Origin: a virus
Virus record (IMG/VR): IMGVR_UViG_3300025818_000017
DNA: 64,000 nucleotides
Strand: one strand, 5' to 3'
Part shown: piece after piece, positions 37,411-47,183 of the stretch
How the letters are laid out: each line of letters begins with the position of its first letter
How positions within the stretch are numbered: position 1 is the stretch's first letter
Notes under the pieces: generated by a model
Database searches by the model: none
What the model was told of the DNA's origin: nothing
The model's input: only the letters and a program-made list of their open reading frames with translations
Program-made: the position numbers and the translations under genes

Positions 37411-38038
37411 CGGTTGTTCCTTCACACAAGGCATATACGATAACCATGATGAAAAAGATACTTGGCCTTATCTGCTTGGACACGATGTAGTAAATCTTGC
37501 CGAAGGTGGTGGTTCTAATCACCGCATCTTTCGCACAACTATGGAATACCTTTTAGACAACACTGTTGATCTGGTTATTATAGGATGGACGGGACCAGAA
37601 CGAATAGAGTTGCCATATTACAAGAATGATTGGCTACGAGTATCGCATAGTTTCGTTCTACCAGAAAACGACGATTACCAGAATGATAAGTTTGACCAGA
37701 ATGAATACTGGTATAGACACTGCCATAACGATATAAAGAGCATAGAACAAACAGTATTCTATATCCGTGTGCTACAACAGTTACCAGTTAGAATGATTAT
37801 GTTTAATGCCCTCCAATGTGATTTCCTATGGCAGATAGAACAAGAACACAGTATGGCTAAACAGTTCGGGATGGATCATCTAAAAGAACAAGTGGATAAA
37901 ATAGATAAGACAGATTGGATACTATGGGGATCAAGTATGGAGCAACACTTACGAGGTTATCCCAAGGCAGACGATTATGGACACCCTGACAAAACAGGAC
38001 AACAACAGTGGGCAAGTATTATATTGCAAAATCTGTAG
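37394..38038 (+). CDS. SGNH/GDSL-like protein, paralogue 2
   Basis: LTNGCSFT, NLAEGGGSN.RIFR, IGWT..R, GHP. Confidence 0.65.
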   Translation: MKILTNGCSFTQGIYDNHDEKDTWPYLLGHDVVNLAEGGGSNHRIFRTTMEYLLDNTVDLVIIGWTGPERIELPYYKNDWLRVSHSFVLPENDDYQNDKFDQNEYWYRHCHNDIKSIEQTVFYIRVLQQLPVRMIMFNALQCDFLWQIEQEHSMAKQFGMDHLKEQVDKIDKTDWILWGSSMEQHLRGYPKADDYGHPDKTGQQQWASIILQNL

Positions 38039-38052
38039 GCTTTTAGTATAAT
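38024..38052 (+). promoter_or_regulatory. sigma70-type promoter TTGCAA-N17-TATAAT for uvsW
   Basis: ATG 38059 lies 6 nt after TATAAT. Confidence 0.7.
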
Positions 38053-38058
38053 AATAGA

Positions 38059-39519
38059 ATGCCGAAAGCAACGATCAAAGTGTTTGATGAATGTAACTGT
38101 AAGATTGAAGGGTTAGATTCATCAACTAGAAAAATGTTAGTGAATAGATTCAAGTATGAAGTGCCTGGTGCTAGATTCATGCCAGCGGTTCGTCTTGGTA
38201 GATGGGATGGTAAGGTATCATTCTTTCAGATGGGCGGCAAGACCTATATCAACCTTCTCCCTGATATTATCCCAATCTTGGAGAAGGAAGGATATACACT
38301 TGACTTAGAAGATAACCGTACATATTCACACGATATCAAACTTATTCCAGTGGATGAATATTCCTATGAGGATTTCATTTGGCCCGAAGGACACCCGGTA
38401 GCTGGACAACCCGTAAAACTCCGTGACTATCAAGTAGAGGTTATCAACGGTTTCCTACAGGACCAGCAGAGCATCCAAGAGGTTGCTACTGGTGCTGGTA
38501 AGACAATCATTACAGCCGTTCTATCCCATCGTTGTGAAGAATACGGTAGAACCCTCGTCGTTGTCCCTAATAAATCTCTTGTAACACAAACAGAAGAAGA
38601 TTATATCAATATGGGGTTGGATGTCGGTGTGTTCTATGGTGACCGCAAGGAATACGATAAGACACATACTATCTGTACGTGGCAGTCTCTTGGTAGTATG
38701 ATGAAGAAGACCCGTGCCAAAGAGCTAGGGTTTACCATTGACGAGTTTGCATCAGATGTTGTTGCAGTGATCGTTGACGAAGCACATGGTGCCAAGGCAG
38801 ACCTACTAAAAGAACTATTGACGGGACCATTAGCTCACGTTCCCGTGAGGTGGGGGTTGACGGGCACTATCCCCAAAGAGGAAATGGACAGGCAGAGCCT
38901 ACTTATTGGTATTGGCCCGGTTACGAATGATGTTTCATCCAAGGTTTTACAGGACAAAGGTGTTCTGGCTAACTGTCATGTAAACATCGTGCAGATGATT
39001 GATATCAAAGAATACCAGAACTACCAGAGCGAACTGAAATATCTTCTTGCTGACGAAGACCGTCAAGACTATATGGCGAGGCTAATCAACCAGATTTCGG
39101 ACAGTGGCAATACATTAGTTTTGATTGATCGTGTCAAAGCTGGTAAGGAACTGACTGCCAAGATTGGACCTGATGCGGTATTCGTTAGCGGTAATATGAA
39201 GAACGATAAGAGAAAGGAACATTACGATGAAATTAAAACAGAGGATGGAAAGGTTATTGTTGCCACCTATGGCGTTGCTGCTGTGGGTATCAATATCCCT
39301 CGTATCTTTAATTTGGTTCTTATTGAACCTGGTAAATCCTTTGTCCGTGTGGTCCAGAGTATCGGGCGTGGTGTACGTAAGGCGGAAGATAAGGACTTCG
39401 TGCAAGTGTGGGACATCACCTCAACAGCGAAGTTTGCGAAGCGGCATCTTACCCAGCGCAAGAAGTTTTACAAAGAGAAAAGCTTTCCGTTTACAATAGA
39501 AAAGGTTGACTGGAAATGA
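38059..39519 (+). CDS. uvsW: SF2 DNA helicase UvsW
   Basis: LRDYQ, ATGAGKT, TWQSL, VDEAHG, GLTGT, GINIP, QSIGRG.R. Confidence 0.95.
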   Translation: MPKATIKVFDECNCKIEGLDSSTRKMLVNRFKYEVPGARFMPAVRLGRWDGKVSFFQMGGKTYINLLPDIIPILEKEGYTLDLEDNRTYSHDIKLIPVDEYSYEDFIWPEGHPVAGQPVKLRDYQVEVINGFLQDQQSIQEVATGAGKTIITAVLSHRCEEYGRTLVVVPNKSLVTQTEEDYINMGLDVGVFYGDRKEYDKTHTICTWQSLGSMMKKTRAKELGFTIDEFASDVVAVIVDEAHGAKADLLKELLTGPLAHVPVRWGLTGTIPKEEMDRQSLLIGIGPVTNDVSSKVLQDKGVLANCHVNIVQMIDIKEYQNYQSELKYLLADEDRQDYMARLINQISDSGNTLVLIDRVKAGKELTAKIGPDAVFVSGNMKNDKRKEHYDEIKTEDGKVIVATYGVAAVGINIPRIFNLVLIEPGKSFVRVVQSIGRGVRKAEDKDFVQVWDITSTAKFAKRHLTQRKKFYKEKSFPFTIEKVDWK

Positions 39520-39716
39520 CGAAAAGAATACAATACTTACCGCCAGGTTCTCCTAGTAACGAGTTAGTTGCACATTACAATGATGTCTGCGATGCTATCA
39601 ACGAGCTATACGAAGACTATTATGCGGAGAAAAAAATGAGAGAAAAATACCCAGCCCTACAAAAAGCGTGGGAACATTATCAGTTCACAAAGAACCTAGT
39701 ATCGGAACCAGACTAA
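39516..39716 (+). CDS. Hypothetical protein
   Basis: Coupled ORF in the operon. Confidence 0.6.
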   Translation: MTKRIQYLPPGSPSNELVAHYNDVCDAINELYEDYYAEKKMREKYPALQKAWEHYQFTKNLVSEPD

Positions 39717-40216
39717 TGAGAATACTAACAGCAGAAAACCAAACATTTGAGCTTGACGAACTACCAGAAGAAATAGATGACATGCGTTTTGCAGTCCTTG
39801 ATAACAGTGACCCGACAGACCCTGATTATTTCTTCATTCCACTAATCTTTCTGGAAAGCTTCAATGCCCCAGCATTGGTTATGAAAGTAGGCAATAGACA
39901 TATTAGGATGCCTGTTGATTGGCAAATCCTAATCGGCGAACCTGATTTTGGTGACCTTGAGGTTGTTCCGTTGACAAGTGTAAATGACCGTGGGTTCAAA
40001 GCATTCACGTTCAATCCCATTGGGAACAAAACGCCTGAGTACCATCCAATAGAACTTGCTGACGTATATACAGAGGTTCGTTGGTTTTTCCCTAAACTGA
40101 AACCCGGTCAACTACTGGCTATCCCGCTAGAAGACGGCGATAGTCCAGATTGTGTTTTCTTTGTGAAGGATATTACGAGACAATGCGAAGTTGTTGATAT
40201 CAGCAAAGTCTGGTAA
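39716..40216 (+). CDS. Conserved hypothetical phage protein
   Basis: TAATG coupling; starts MRILTAEN. Confidence 0.7.
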   Translation: MRILTAENQTFELDELPEEIDDMRFAVLDNSDPTDPDYFFIPLIFLESFNAPALVMKVGNRHIRMPVDWQILIGEPDFGDLEVVPLTSVNDRGFKAFTFNPIGNKTPEYHPIELADVYTEVRWFFPKLKPGQLLAIPLEDGDSPDCVFFVKDITRQCEVVDISKVW

Positions 40217-40497
40217 TGGATGTAATAGGTGACGTATTGGGAGCGCCAGTGGAACAGATAGTCAAAGAAGAACCGAGGCTGTACCGTGTTGATGCACGAA
40301 CAAAAGTATCTAGTGAAGTCATTGAGTTTCTAAAAAATCAAACCAAAATGTACCCTGATAGAGTAGATATTCAGCAAGAGATATTACTTGAAATGGTCCC
40401 TTCATATGTGATACAATTTAAAACAGTCACCGATGCGTTTGCGTTTGACCTAACCTTTGGACACTGTATAAAACAGGTATATGATAACTATGGCTAA
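40216..40497 (+). CDS. Hypothetical protein
   Basis: TAATG coupling. Confidence 0.6.
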   Translation: MDVIGDVLGAPVEQIVKEEPRLYRVDARTKVSSEVIEFLKNQTKMYPDRVDIQQEILLEMVPSYVIQFKTVTDAFAFDLTFGHCIKQVYDNYG

Positions 40498-40951
40498 ACT
40501 CGCACTATCAAGAGTTCTAAACGCTCTTGACCGTAAAGACAGAAACTTCTATAAGAACCTTCCTGATAACGAAAAGAAGGAAATCCAGCCGTATGTTCTT
40601 ATGCGTTATCTAAGCACATCCAAGGGACCACAGGAGCTACGTGAATGGTATCTCCGTGCTACTAATGAGTATGTAAATAAAGGTTATTGGAATATTCCTT
40701 CTACAAAGCATCAGGAACTTCTATGGCTACTTCTAACCACGGTCAGTCCTAATATGGGTAATCAATACCACGAATGGATTCCGATGAAGAAGGGAAAGAA
40801 GAACAAGAAACTGGAAGTATTAGAAGAACTGTTCCCAGAAGCTGGCGATATGGAACTAGAGACTTTGGATATGGTCTACGATACAAAAGCTGTAAAACAA
40901 ATGCTAAGAGATAGGGGATACGATGACAAGCACATCAAATCCGTCCTTTAA
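40490..40951 (+). CDS. Clamp-loader small subunit (gp62-like)
   Basis: PYVLMRYLS..NEYVN..HQELLWLLL..HEWI pattern in a replication operon. Confidence 0.6.
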   Translation: MAKLALSRVLNALDRKDRNFYKNLPDNEKKEIQPYVLMRYLSTSKGPQELREWYLRATNEYVNKGYWNIPSTKHQELLWLLLTTVSPNMGNQYHEWIPMKKGKKNKKLEVLEELFPEAGDMELETLDMVYDTKAVKQMLRDRGYDDKHIKSVL

Positions 40952-41615
40952 ATGTGAGTTTTGCGGTAAGTCGTTCCGTAGAGAAAAGTCACTTATGGCT
41001 CACGCTTGTGAGCAGAAGCGCAGACATCAACAAGAGAAAGAGATTGGTGTCCAGTTTGGCTATCGTGCTTACAAACGATTCTATGAAATGACACAAAACA
41101 AGAAAGTGCCACCATCATATGATGAGTTTTGTAAGTCTCAGTATTATTTGGCGTTTGTGAAGTTTGGGCGTCATATCAAAATGATAAGGGCGCTGAAACC
41201 AGAACGTTTTATTGATTGGGTTATCAAGGAAAACAAAAAACTGGACAAGTGGTGTACCGATAAGGTTTACGAGGACTACTTACACGATACGATACGAAAA
41301 GAGAACCCTAACGATACATTGCAGCGAGCGTTCACGGAAATGATTGATTGGGGAGACAAGGAAGGTGCGGAGTGGAACCATTACTTCAAATATGCAGCAC
41401 CTAACAGAGTTGTCCAGTCTATCATCAGGGGTTCTATATCACCGTGGGTTCTTTATAACTGTGATAGTGGTTTGGAGTTCTTGGGAAAACTAAATGAAGA
41501 ACAGTTGGGTTTTATCTTTGAGTACATTGACCCTGATTACTGGACTTCACGTTTCGGTAACTATGTAGCCGATGCAGAATACATAAAAGACACACTGAAA
41601 GAGGCTGGATTATGA
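40923..41615 (+). CDS. Hypothetical protein with N-terminal C2H2-like zinc finger
   Basis: FKCEFCGKSF..LMAHAC. Confidence 0.7.
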   Translation: MTSTSNPSFKCEFCGKSFRREKSLMAHACEQKRRHQQEKEIGVQFGYRAYKRFYEMTQNKKVPPSYDEFCKSQYYLAFVKFGRHIKMIRALKPERFIDWVIKENKKLDKWCTDKVYEDYLHDTIRKENPNDTLQRAFTEMIDWGDKEGAEWNHYFKYAAPNRVVQSIIRGSISPWVLYNCDSGLEFLGKLNEEQLGFIFEYIDPDYWTSRFGNYVADAEYIKDTLKEAGL

Positions 41616-42202
41616 AATACGATTTACCTGATGTAGACATAGATTGTGCCGACAGGGATAAAGTGTTGGCAGTGCTAGATGGTTATACTAATGCTACCAT
41701 CGTCAAGAATGATGAGCATACCAAGCATAACACTGGTATCTATGTATGTGATATTCCTACTGACCCCCGAACCAATAACTGTACCTTTGACTATAAGGAA
41801 GCAGAAGACCGTGGTTTTGTAAAACTGGATATTCTAAATGTTCATGTTTATGAACTGGTGCGTGATGAGGAACACCTAAACGAACTGATAAGTAAAGAAC
41901 CTAACTGGGAACGGCTATGGACTGACCGTGAGTTTTGTGAAAAGATTATTCATATCAACAACTACTATGACTTATTGGGTAAGATGAAACCAGATAGTAT
42001 TCCACGAATGGCGATGTTCATTTCCATTATCCGTCCAGGTAAGAAACATCTTATCGGCAAACCATGGAAAGAGATTGCGGAGACTGTCTGGGAACGCCCA
42101 GATGAAGGTTACTTCTTCAAGATGTCACATTCCATATCTTATTCACACCTCGTAGCAATCCATATGAACATCATTGAAGAAAAGGAGCATCAAGTATTAT
42201 GA
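41612..42202 (+). CDS. Minimal DNA polymerase III alpha (DnaE)-like nucleotidyltransferase core
   Basis: PDVDID, KHNTG, VKLDIL, AMFISIIRPG, FKMSHSISY correspond to DnaE PDIDxD, H.AG, KxDxL, ALxRPG, FNKSH..AY. Confidence 0.8.
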   Translation: MKYDLPDVDIDCADRDKVLAVLDGYTNATIVKNDEHTKHNTGIYVCDIPTDPRTNNCTFDYKEAEDRGFVKLDILNVHVYELVRDEEHLNELISKEPNWERLWTDREFCEKIIHINNYYDLLGKMKPDSIPRMAMFISIIRPGKKHLIGKPWKEIAETVWERPDEGYFFKMSHSISYSHLVAIHMNIIEEKEHQVL

Positions 42203-42235
42203 GTGTTGAGCAGTTGGTAGAGGAACTGCAAGAAA

Positions 42236-42451
42236 ATGACCAAGCATAACTATGAGATTGTATGGTTGCCCATCGGTGATGATGAATATATAGAGAAGTG
42301 TACTAAATGCGATACTCTTAGAACTTATGATGGTGCGTTTGGATTGAGGGAAATACCTAGCTCTTCGGTTTCACCCTGCGAACCAGTTGTATGTTCGTTC
42401 TCTTTATCCTTTTGGCTGAAATCTCTGCTAGGCTTACATAAGGACCGCTAA
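42236..42451 (+). CDS. Small Cys-containing hypothetical protein
   Basis: CTKC motif; overlaps the 3' end of the convergent gene. Confidence 0.35.
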   Translation: MTKHNYEIVWLPIGDDEYIEKCTKCDTLRTYDGAFGLREIPSSSVSPCEPVVCSFSLSFWLKSLLGLHKDR

Positions 42452-42746
42452 CGATATCACAGTCTTTACTGTTTAATGTTGTAAGACAATGCTTTACTGG
42501 TTCCCAGTTTTCTTTGAGGAAGATATTGATGGGAATCATTCTATTACTTTCCCACCACCAAGTATCCCCTAGTTCTAGGAACAAGCGTTTTTCCTCCAAG
42601 CTTTTCAACTTAGAATAATCATATAGGCTGGTAATCATTTTATCCTTATTTTGGATAATACCAACGTATTCCCCGCCCCCATATGTCAAATGAGATATAA
42701 AAGGGTATCGCTCTGCGATTTTAGCAAAAAGGTCTTCATCTTCCAT
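42357..42746 (-). CDS. Hypothetical late protein
   Basis: TATAAATA 5 nt before the ATG. Confidence 0.75.
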   Translation of the reverse strand: MEDEDLFAKIAERYPFISHLTYGGGEYVGIIQNKDKMITSLYDYSKLKSLEEKRLFLELGDTWWWESNRMIPINIFLKENWEPVKHCLTTLNSKDCDIVSGPYVSLAEISAKRIKRTNIQLVRRVKPKS

Positions 42747-42787
42747 CTTGGTATTTATAAGTTGGGAATGAGGGGATAAATAATAAC

Positions 42788-43546
42788 ATGATCAAACAGG
42801 ACGTATTTTTATATAAGCAGACAATGAAAGTCAACTTGACCGAGAGCGTCCTCGTGCCAGGGAGAGATGAAATGTTTTATGCTAGACCAATGCAACTTTA
42901 TAGAGGCGTTGATAATACGGTACATTTTCAGTTCCGTAATAATGACCAGAAGAAAGTGGCAATCCACCAAAAAACAATCACTTTTAACATTATTGATAAC
43001 GCTGACCACACAACCCACCTAACCAGAACAATGACGATTGAGGATGGCAATAATGGTATTGCTAAACTGGTTATTTCAGAAGCAGATTTACTAGATATCA
43101 AGGAACAGTATTACACTTGGAGCGTAAAGGTTGTGAATGGTGAAGGTGATGAATATGTAGCCTACACTGATGATAACTTTGGTGCGAGAGGCGAGCTACA
43201 AGTCAAGCATGGTGTATACCCAGAGTTTATGGAAAGCGTAAGTGTTGGTTTCCGTGGTGGTAATACCACAGCCGCTATTGATGCGAAACCACGCCTAAAC
43301 AATAACGCAGCACTTCATACCGCACAGTTTTATTTTGACCAAGCATATACAGGCACCATCACCGTTCAAGGCACGATGGACAATGTTGCTAACCAAGTAT
43401 CCGCTAACTGGTTTGATATCAAGACAGTCACTTATACAGCCGACAGTAGCCCACAATATACCACTTGGAATGGTGTGTTTAGTGCTGTTAGGTTTGTAAA
43501 AGCCGACACAACAGGAACAGTGAGTTCAGTACTGTATAGACACTAA
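42788..43546 (+). CDS. Probable virion structural (beta-rich) protein
   Basis: Thr/Asn-rich beta-type sequence; TAAATA 5 nt before the ATG. Confidence 0.6.
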   Translation: MIKQDVFLYKQTMKVNLTESVLVPGRDEMFYARPMQLYRGVDNTVHFQFRNNDQKKVAIHQKTITFNIIDNADHTTHLTRTMTIEDGNNGIAKLVISEADLLDIKEQYYTWSVKVVNGEGDEYVAYTDDNFGARGELQVKHGVYPEFMESVSVGFRGGNTTAAIDAKPRLNNNAALHTAQFYFDQAYTGTITVQGTMDNVANQVSANWFDIKTVTYTADSSPQYTTWNGVFSAVRFVKADTTGTVSSVLYRH

Positions 43547-44133
43547 TGAGAGCAACAGAGTTCATCGCCGAATATCGCAACACAGATGACCCCGCTCTCC
43601 GAAAATGGTTTGCTGGTTCAAAGGTTGTGGATAAAGATAGAAAGCCGTTGATTGTATATCACGGCACATTGTTCAACGATGAAATCAAGTCGTTCCACGA
43701 TTTATCACATTTTGGAACACAAGGTGCTGCTAATGCTCGTATTGAAGACTTACTAAATCTTCACCCGTCAGCACGTGGATATAATCAACCATCTCCTGGC
43801 GAAGAAAAACCGCACATTTATCCCGTATATCTAAAAATCGTCAATCCAATACAACTACCAGATTTGGCCGAATGGCATTGGAGTGATATGTGGATGGAAC
43901 TTATAAAGACACACGAAGATGAGATTGGTAAACTCCTAAAAGATGACTATGGCGATGAATACGAAAGCACTTGGGATATGCTTGATGCTCTACAAACGTA
44001 TGATGAAAACCCATGGGAGTTTTTGAAGTCGTTGGGGCACGATGGTGTTTACTATGTGAATGCCCACGAAGATAAAGGCAAGATAAGTTGGATTCCATTT
44101 AGCGGCAAACAAGTGATGAGTGCGTTTGGATGA
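43546..44133 (+). CDS. ADP-ribosyltransferase-like (polyvalent ART) protein
   Basis: WFAGSKVVD..PLIVYHGT, HFGT..AA, IYPVYLKI.NP, L..LGHDGV.Y pattern; N-terminal MRATEFIAE leader. Confidence 0.7.
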   Translation: MRATEFIAEYRNTDDPALRKWFAGSKVVDKDRKPLIVYHGTLFNDEIKSFHDLSHFGTQGAANARIEDLLNLHPSARGYNQPSPGEEKPHIYPVYLKIVNPIQLPDLAEWHWSDMWMELIKTHEDEIGKLLKDDYGDEYESTWDMLDALQTYDENPWEFLKSLGHDGVYYVNAHEDKGKISWIPFSGKQVMSAFG

Positions 44134-44762
44134 GATTTGTAGGCTTCGGCTGTTCTTGGATGTACGGTTCAGAACTGGAACATTCAGTTGATCCATCGTT
44201 ATCATGGCACGAAAAGATAAAATATCAACACCAGAACTGTTTCCTTGGGTTATTGGGCGACAACGAAAATCTTTCTGACCCTGGTGGTTCTCTGAAATCT
44301 ATGTTCTATAAGTTTATGAATCATCAGGCAACAGCCGATACGGATGAAGTTTTTTATATCTTTGCCTTTACCACACCATCCCGTGAAAGTTGGTATGATA
44401 GCGACAAAAAAGAATGGAAGCATAGTTCTTGGATAAGCGACACAACATTGTTTGAAAACTCTTATAAAGACTATGTAACCCATACATGGTCGCCAGAATA
44501 CGAAAAGATACAATATACCGCAATGGTATCTGCTATGCTGAATACAGCAAGAGCCAAAGGTTTTAGATATATAGGGTTCAACGCTTTGAAGTCACCATAT
44601 ATCGTAAAAGACCCTAATATGTTTTGGGCTGGAACGAGTATGGAAGAACATATGAAACCAGAACAACTATGTGACGGTGGGCACCCGAATGAAGATGGGC
44701 ATAAATGGATTGCGGGTAGGATCAAGGAATTTATAGACACAGCCTATCCAGGTTTGCTATAA
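44130..44762 (+). CDS. SGNH/GDSL-like protein, paralogue 3
   Basis: VGFGCSW.YG, N...GGS, GGHPNEDGH. Confidence 0.6.
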   Translation: MRFVGFGCSWMYGSELEHSVDPSLSWHEKIKYQHQNCFLGLLGDNENLSDPGGSLKSMFYKFMNHQATADTDEVFYIFAFTTPSRESWYDSDKKEWKHSSWISDTTLFENSYKDYVTHTWSPEYEKIQYTAMVSAMLNTARAKGFRYIGFNALKSPYIVKDPNMFWAGTSMEEHMKPEQLCDGGHPNEDGHKWIAGRIKEFIDTAYPGLL

Positions 44763-44769
44763 TAACTCT

Positions 44770-45804
44770 ATGAATATCATCCAGCAGACCGTCCACGATG
44801 CGTGGGTTTTTGGTCGTAGAACGAAAAAAGCATCCAAAGGATGGCTTACAGGTAATGCTGTGTGCTGTATTCATAATGGTGAGACACAAGATACTCGTGG
44901 TCGCGGTGGTATCATCATGGAAAACGACACGATATCTTATCATTGTTTTAATTGCGGTTTCAAAACTGGCTGGAAACCTGGTTGGCATCTATCATATAAG
45001 ATGCGTAAGCTTATGGGATGGATGGGTGTTGACGAGAGTACAGTCAAACGGATGGTATTTGAGAGTATGCGTGTCCGTGATGAAATCGGTATCGTTGAGG
45101 AAACAGAAGAGTTCAAACCAAAGCTTGATTTCAAGGTGCATGACCTACCCGACAAAGCCAAGCGGATAGGCGATACACTACTATGGTACGCAGTCGGTGA
45201 TGAGAACCTTGAGAACGTCGATGAGAACCTAACGGAAGTTATTGAGTATGCCCATGACCGTGGTCTTAGTCCCGCACAGATAGAAGATATGTACTGGACA
45301 CCAGACCCAATAAACAAGTTAAAAAAGATGAATAGACGCTTGATTATACCGATGACTTGGGAAAACCAGATTGTCGGGTATACGGCTAGGTCTATTGAGA
45401 ATAACAAAGTAAAGTATCTCAATGAGTACGACAGTGATTATGTATATAACATTGACAGACAGTTACCAGATGCTAAGTTTGCTATACTTGTAGAGGGACC
45501 GCTAGATGCACAATCCATAGGCGGCGTTGGTATACTGGGGAGCGAGATATCAGAAGTCAAAGCTGATATCATTGATAGATTGGGCAGAGAGATTATCCTA
45601 GTGCCTGACCGTGATAGCAAAGGTCAGAAACTGGTTGACTTGGCGCTTGAGTATGGATGGAGTGTATCGTTTCCAGATTGGGAAGCTCACGATGTGAACG
45701 ATGCAGTACAACTATATGGTAAAGTATACACACTCAAAAAAATTCTAGAGTGTAAATACGACACACGGTTAAAGATTGAATTGATGAGGAAAAAATACGT
45801 ATGA
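44770..45804 (+). CDS. 61: DNA primase (T4 gp61-like)
   Basis: Zn-binding C..H..YHCFNC, RLIIP..GYTAR, TOPRIM VEGPLDA, PDRD..G..DVND. Confidence 0.9.
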   Translation: MNIIQQTVHDAWVFGRRTKKASKGWLTGNAVCCIHNGETQDTRGRGGIIMENDTISYHCFNCGFKTGWKPGWHLSYKMRKLMGWMGVDESTVKRMVFESMRVRDEIGIVEETEEFKPKLDFKVHDLPDKAKRIGDTLLWYAVGDENLENVDENLTEVIEYAHDRGLSPAQIEDMYWTPDPINKLKKMNRRLIIPMTWENQIVGYTARSIENNKVKYLNEYDSDYVYNIDRQLPDAKFAILVEGPLDAQSIGGVGILGSEISEVKADIIDRLGREIILVPDRDSKGQKLVDLALEYGWSVSFPDWEAHDVNDAVQLYGKVYTLKKILECKYDTRLKIELMRKKYV

Positions 45805-47183
45805 ACTATTCACCAGACTTACAAAAGCTATTTCTAGAAATGATGGTTGAGAACCCTGAGAGCTTTGTGCGAGTACAGGATATCTACAACGTAGCTAACT
45901 TTGATAAGTCTTTGAAAAAACCCGCAACTTTTATTTCCGATCATGTCAAAGACCATTCTATAATGCCGACACGACAGCAAATCAAAGCTGCAACCGGTGT
46001 AGAACTGCAAGAAGTCCCTGATGTTGGGGAAGACCATTATGATTGGTTCTATAAAGAGTTTGAAGGTTTCACCAAACAACAAGAGCTAAATCGTGCTATT
46101 CTACTGGCGGCAGACCTTATTGAAAAACAAGAATATGACCCAGTTGAGAAGATTATCAAAGATGCTGTACAAATCAGTCTAACCAAAGACTTGGGTACTG
46201 ACTACTTTGAAGACCCACGCTCACGACTTCTTTCATTGAAGGATAGCAACGGTCAAGTAAGTACTGGCTGGCCTACACTGGATAAGAGGTTGTTCGGTGG
46301 TTTCAATCGTGGTGAGTTGAACATCTTTGCTGGTGGTTCTGGTTCTGGTAAGTCATTGTTTATGCAAAACCTAGCTGTAAACTGGGTAACAAAAGGTCTA
46401 AATGGTGTTTACCTAACATTAGAACTGTCAGAAGAACTATGCTCTATGCGTCTTGATAGTATGGTGGCTAACCATAGCTCAAAGGAGATATTCAAGAAGC
46501 TTGACGATGTTGAGATGAAAGTCAAGATGGTTGGGAAGAAGTCCGGGCATATGCGTATCAAGTATATGCCAGCGCAGAGTAATGTCAACCATATTAGAGC
46601 ATATCTAAAAGAGCTACAGGTAAAGACAGGGAAGAAAGTAGACTTCCTGTGCGTCGATTACTTAGACCTATTGATGCCAGTTGGTGTGAAGGTAAACCCA
46701 AGTGACCAGTTTATCAAAGACAAATATGTATCGGAAGAACTACGTAACCTAGCTAAAGAGCTTGATGTACTTTTCGTCACAGCATCACAGCTAAACCGTT
46801 CAGCAGTTGAAGAGATTGAGTTTGACCATTCACATATCTCTGGTGGTATTTCTAAAATCAATACAGCAGATAATCTTATTGGTATCTTCACGAGCCGTAC
46901 TCACCGTGAGCGTGGTATCTATCAAATCCAGTTGATGAAAACACGTAGTAGTTCAGGCGTAGGACAAAAGATCGATCTAGGGTTTGATATAGATACTCTA
47001 AGGATTACGGATATAGGAGAGGATGCCCAGGATCATGGTAGTGAACCACCTTCTGACATTATGAAGAAGATAAAAGATAGGCAGACTAGCGAAGATGATG
47101 CGGAACAGGGAGAACCTATACACGTGAAAGCGGATATTCAGTCAGCAAAACTGAAAGATATGCTGAGTAGGCTGAGTAACTAA
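45801..47183 (+). CDS. 41: Replicative DNA helicase (T4 gp41/DnaB-like)
   Basis: STGWP.LD..GG, GGSGSGKS, TLELS, VDYLDL, TASQLNR, MKTR. Confidence 0.95.
   Translation: MNYSPDLQKLFLEMMVENPESFVRVQDIYNVANFDKSLKKPATFISDHVKDHSIMPTRQQIKAATGVELQEVPDVGEDHYDWFYKEFEGFTKQQELNRAILLAADLIEKQEYDPVEKIIKDAVQISLTKDLGTDYFEDPRSRLLSLKDSNGQVSTGWPTLDKRLFGGFNRGELNIFAGGSGSGKSLFMQNLAVNWVTKGLNGVYLTLELSEELCSMRLDSMVANHSSKEIFKKLDDVEMKVKMVGKKSGHMRIKYMPAQSNVNHIRAYLKELQVKTGKKVDFLCVDYLDLLMPVGVKVNPSDQFIKDKYVSEELRNLAKELDVLFVTASQLNRSAVEEIEFDHSHISGGISKINTADNLIGIFTSRTHRERGIYQIQLMKTRSSSGVGQKIDLGFDIDTLRITDIGEDAQDHGSEPPSDIMKKIKDRQTSEDDAEQGEPIHVKADIQSAKLKDMLSRLSN

Noticed and set aside
42199-42451. Possible programmed frameshift joining MSVEQLVEELQE (42199) to the 42236 ORF
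   Set aside because: Only an A5 run with no clear slippery heptamer or stimulatory structure; could equally be an indel error or a simple coupling peptide.
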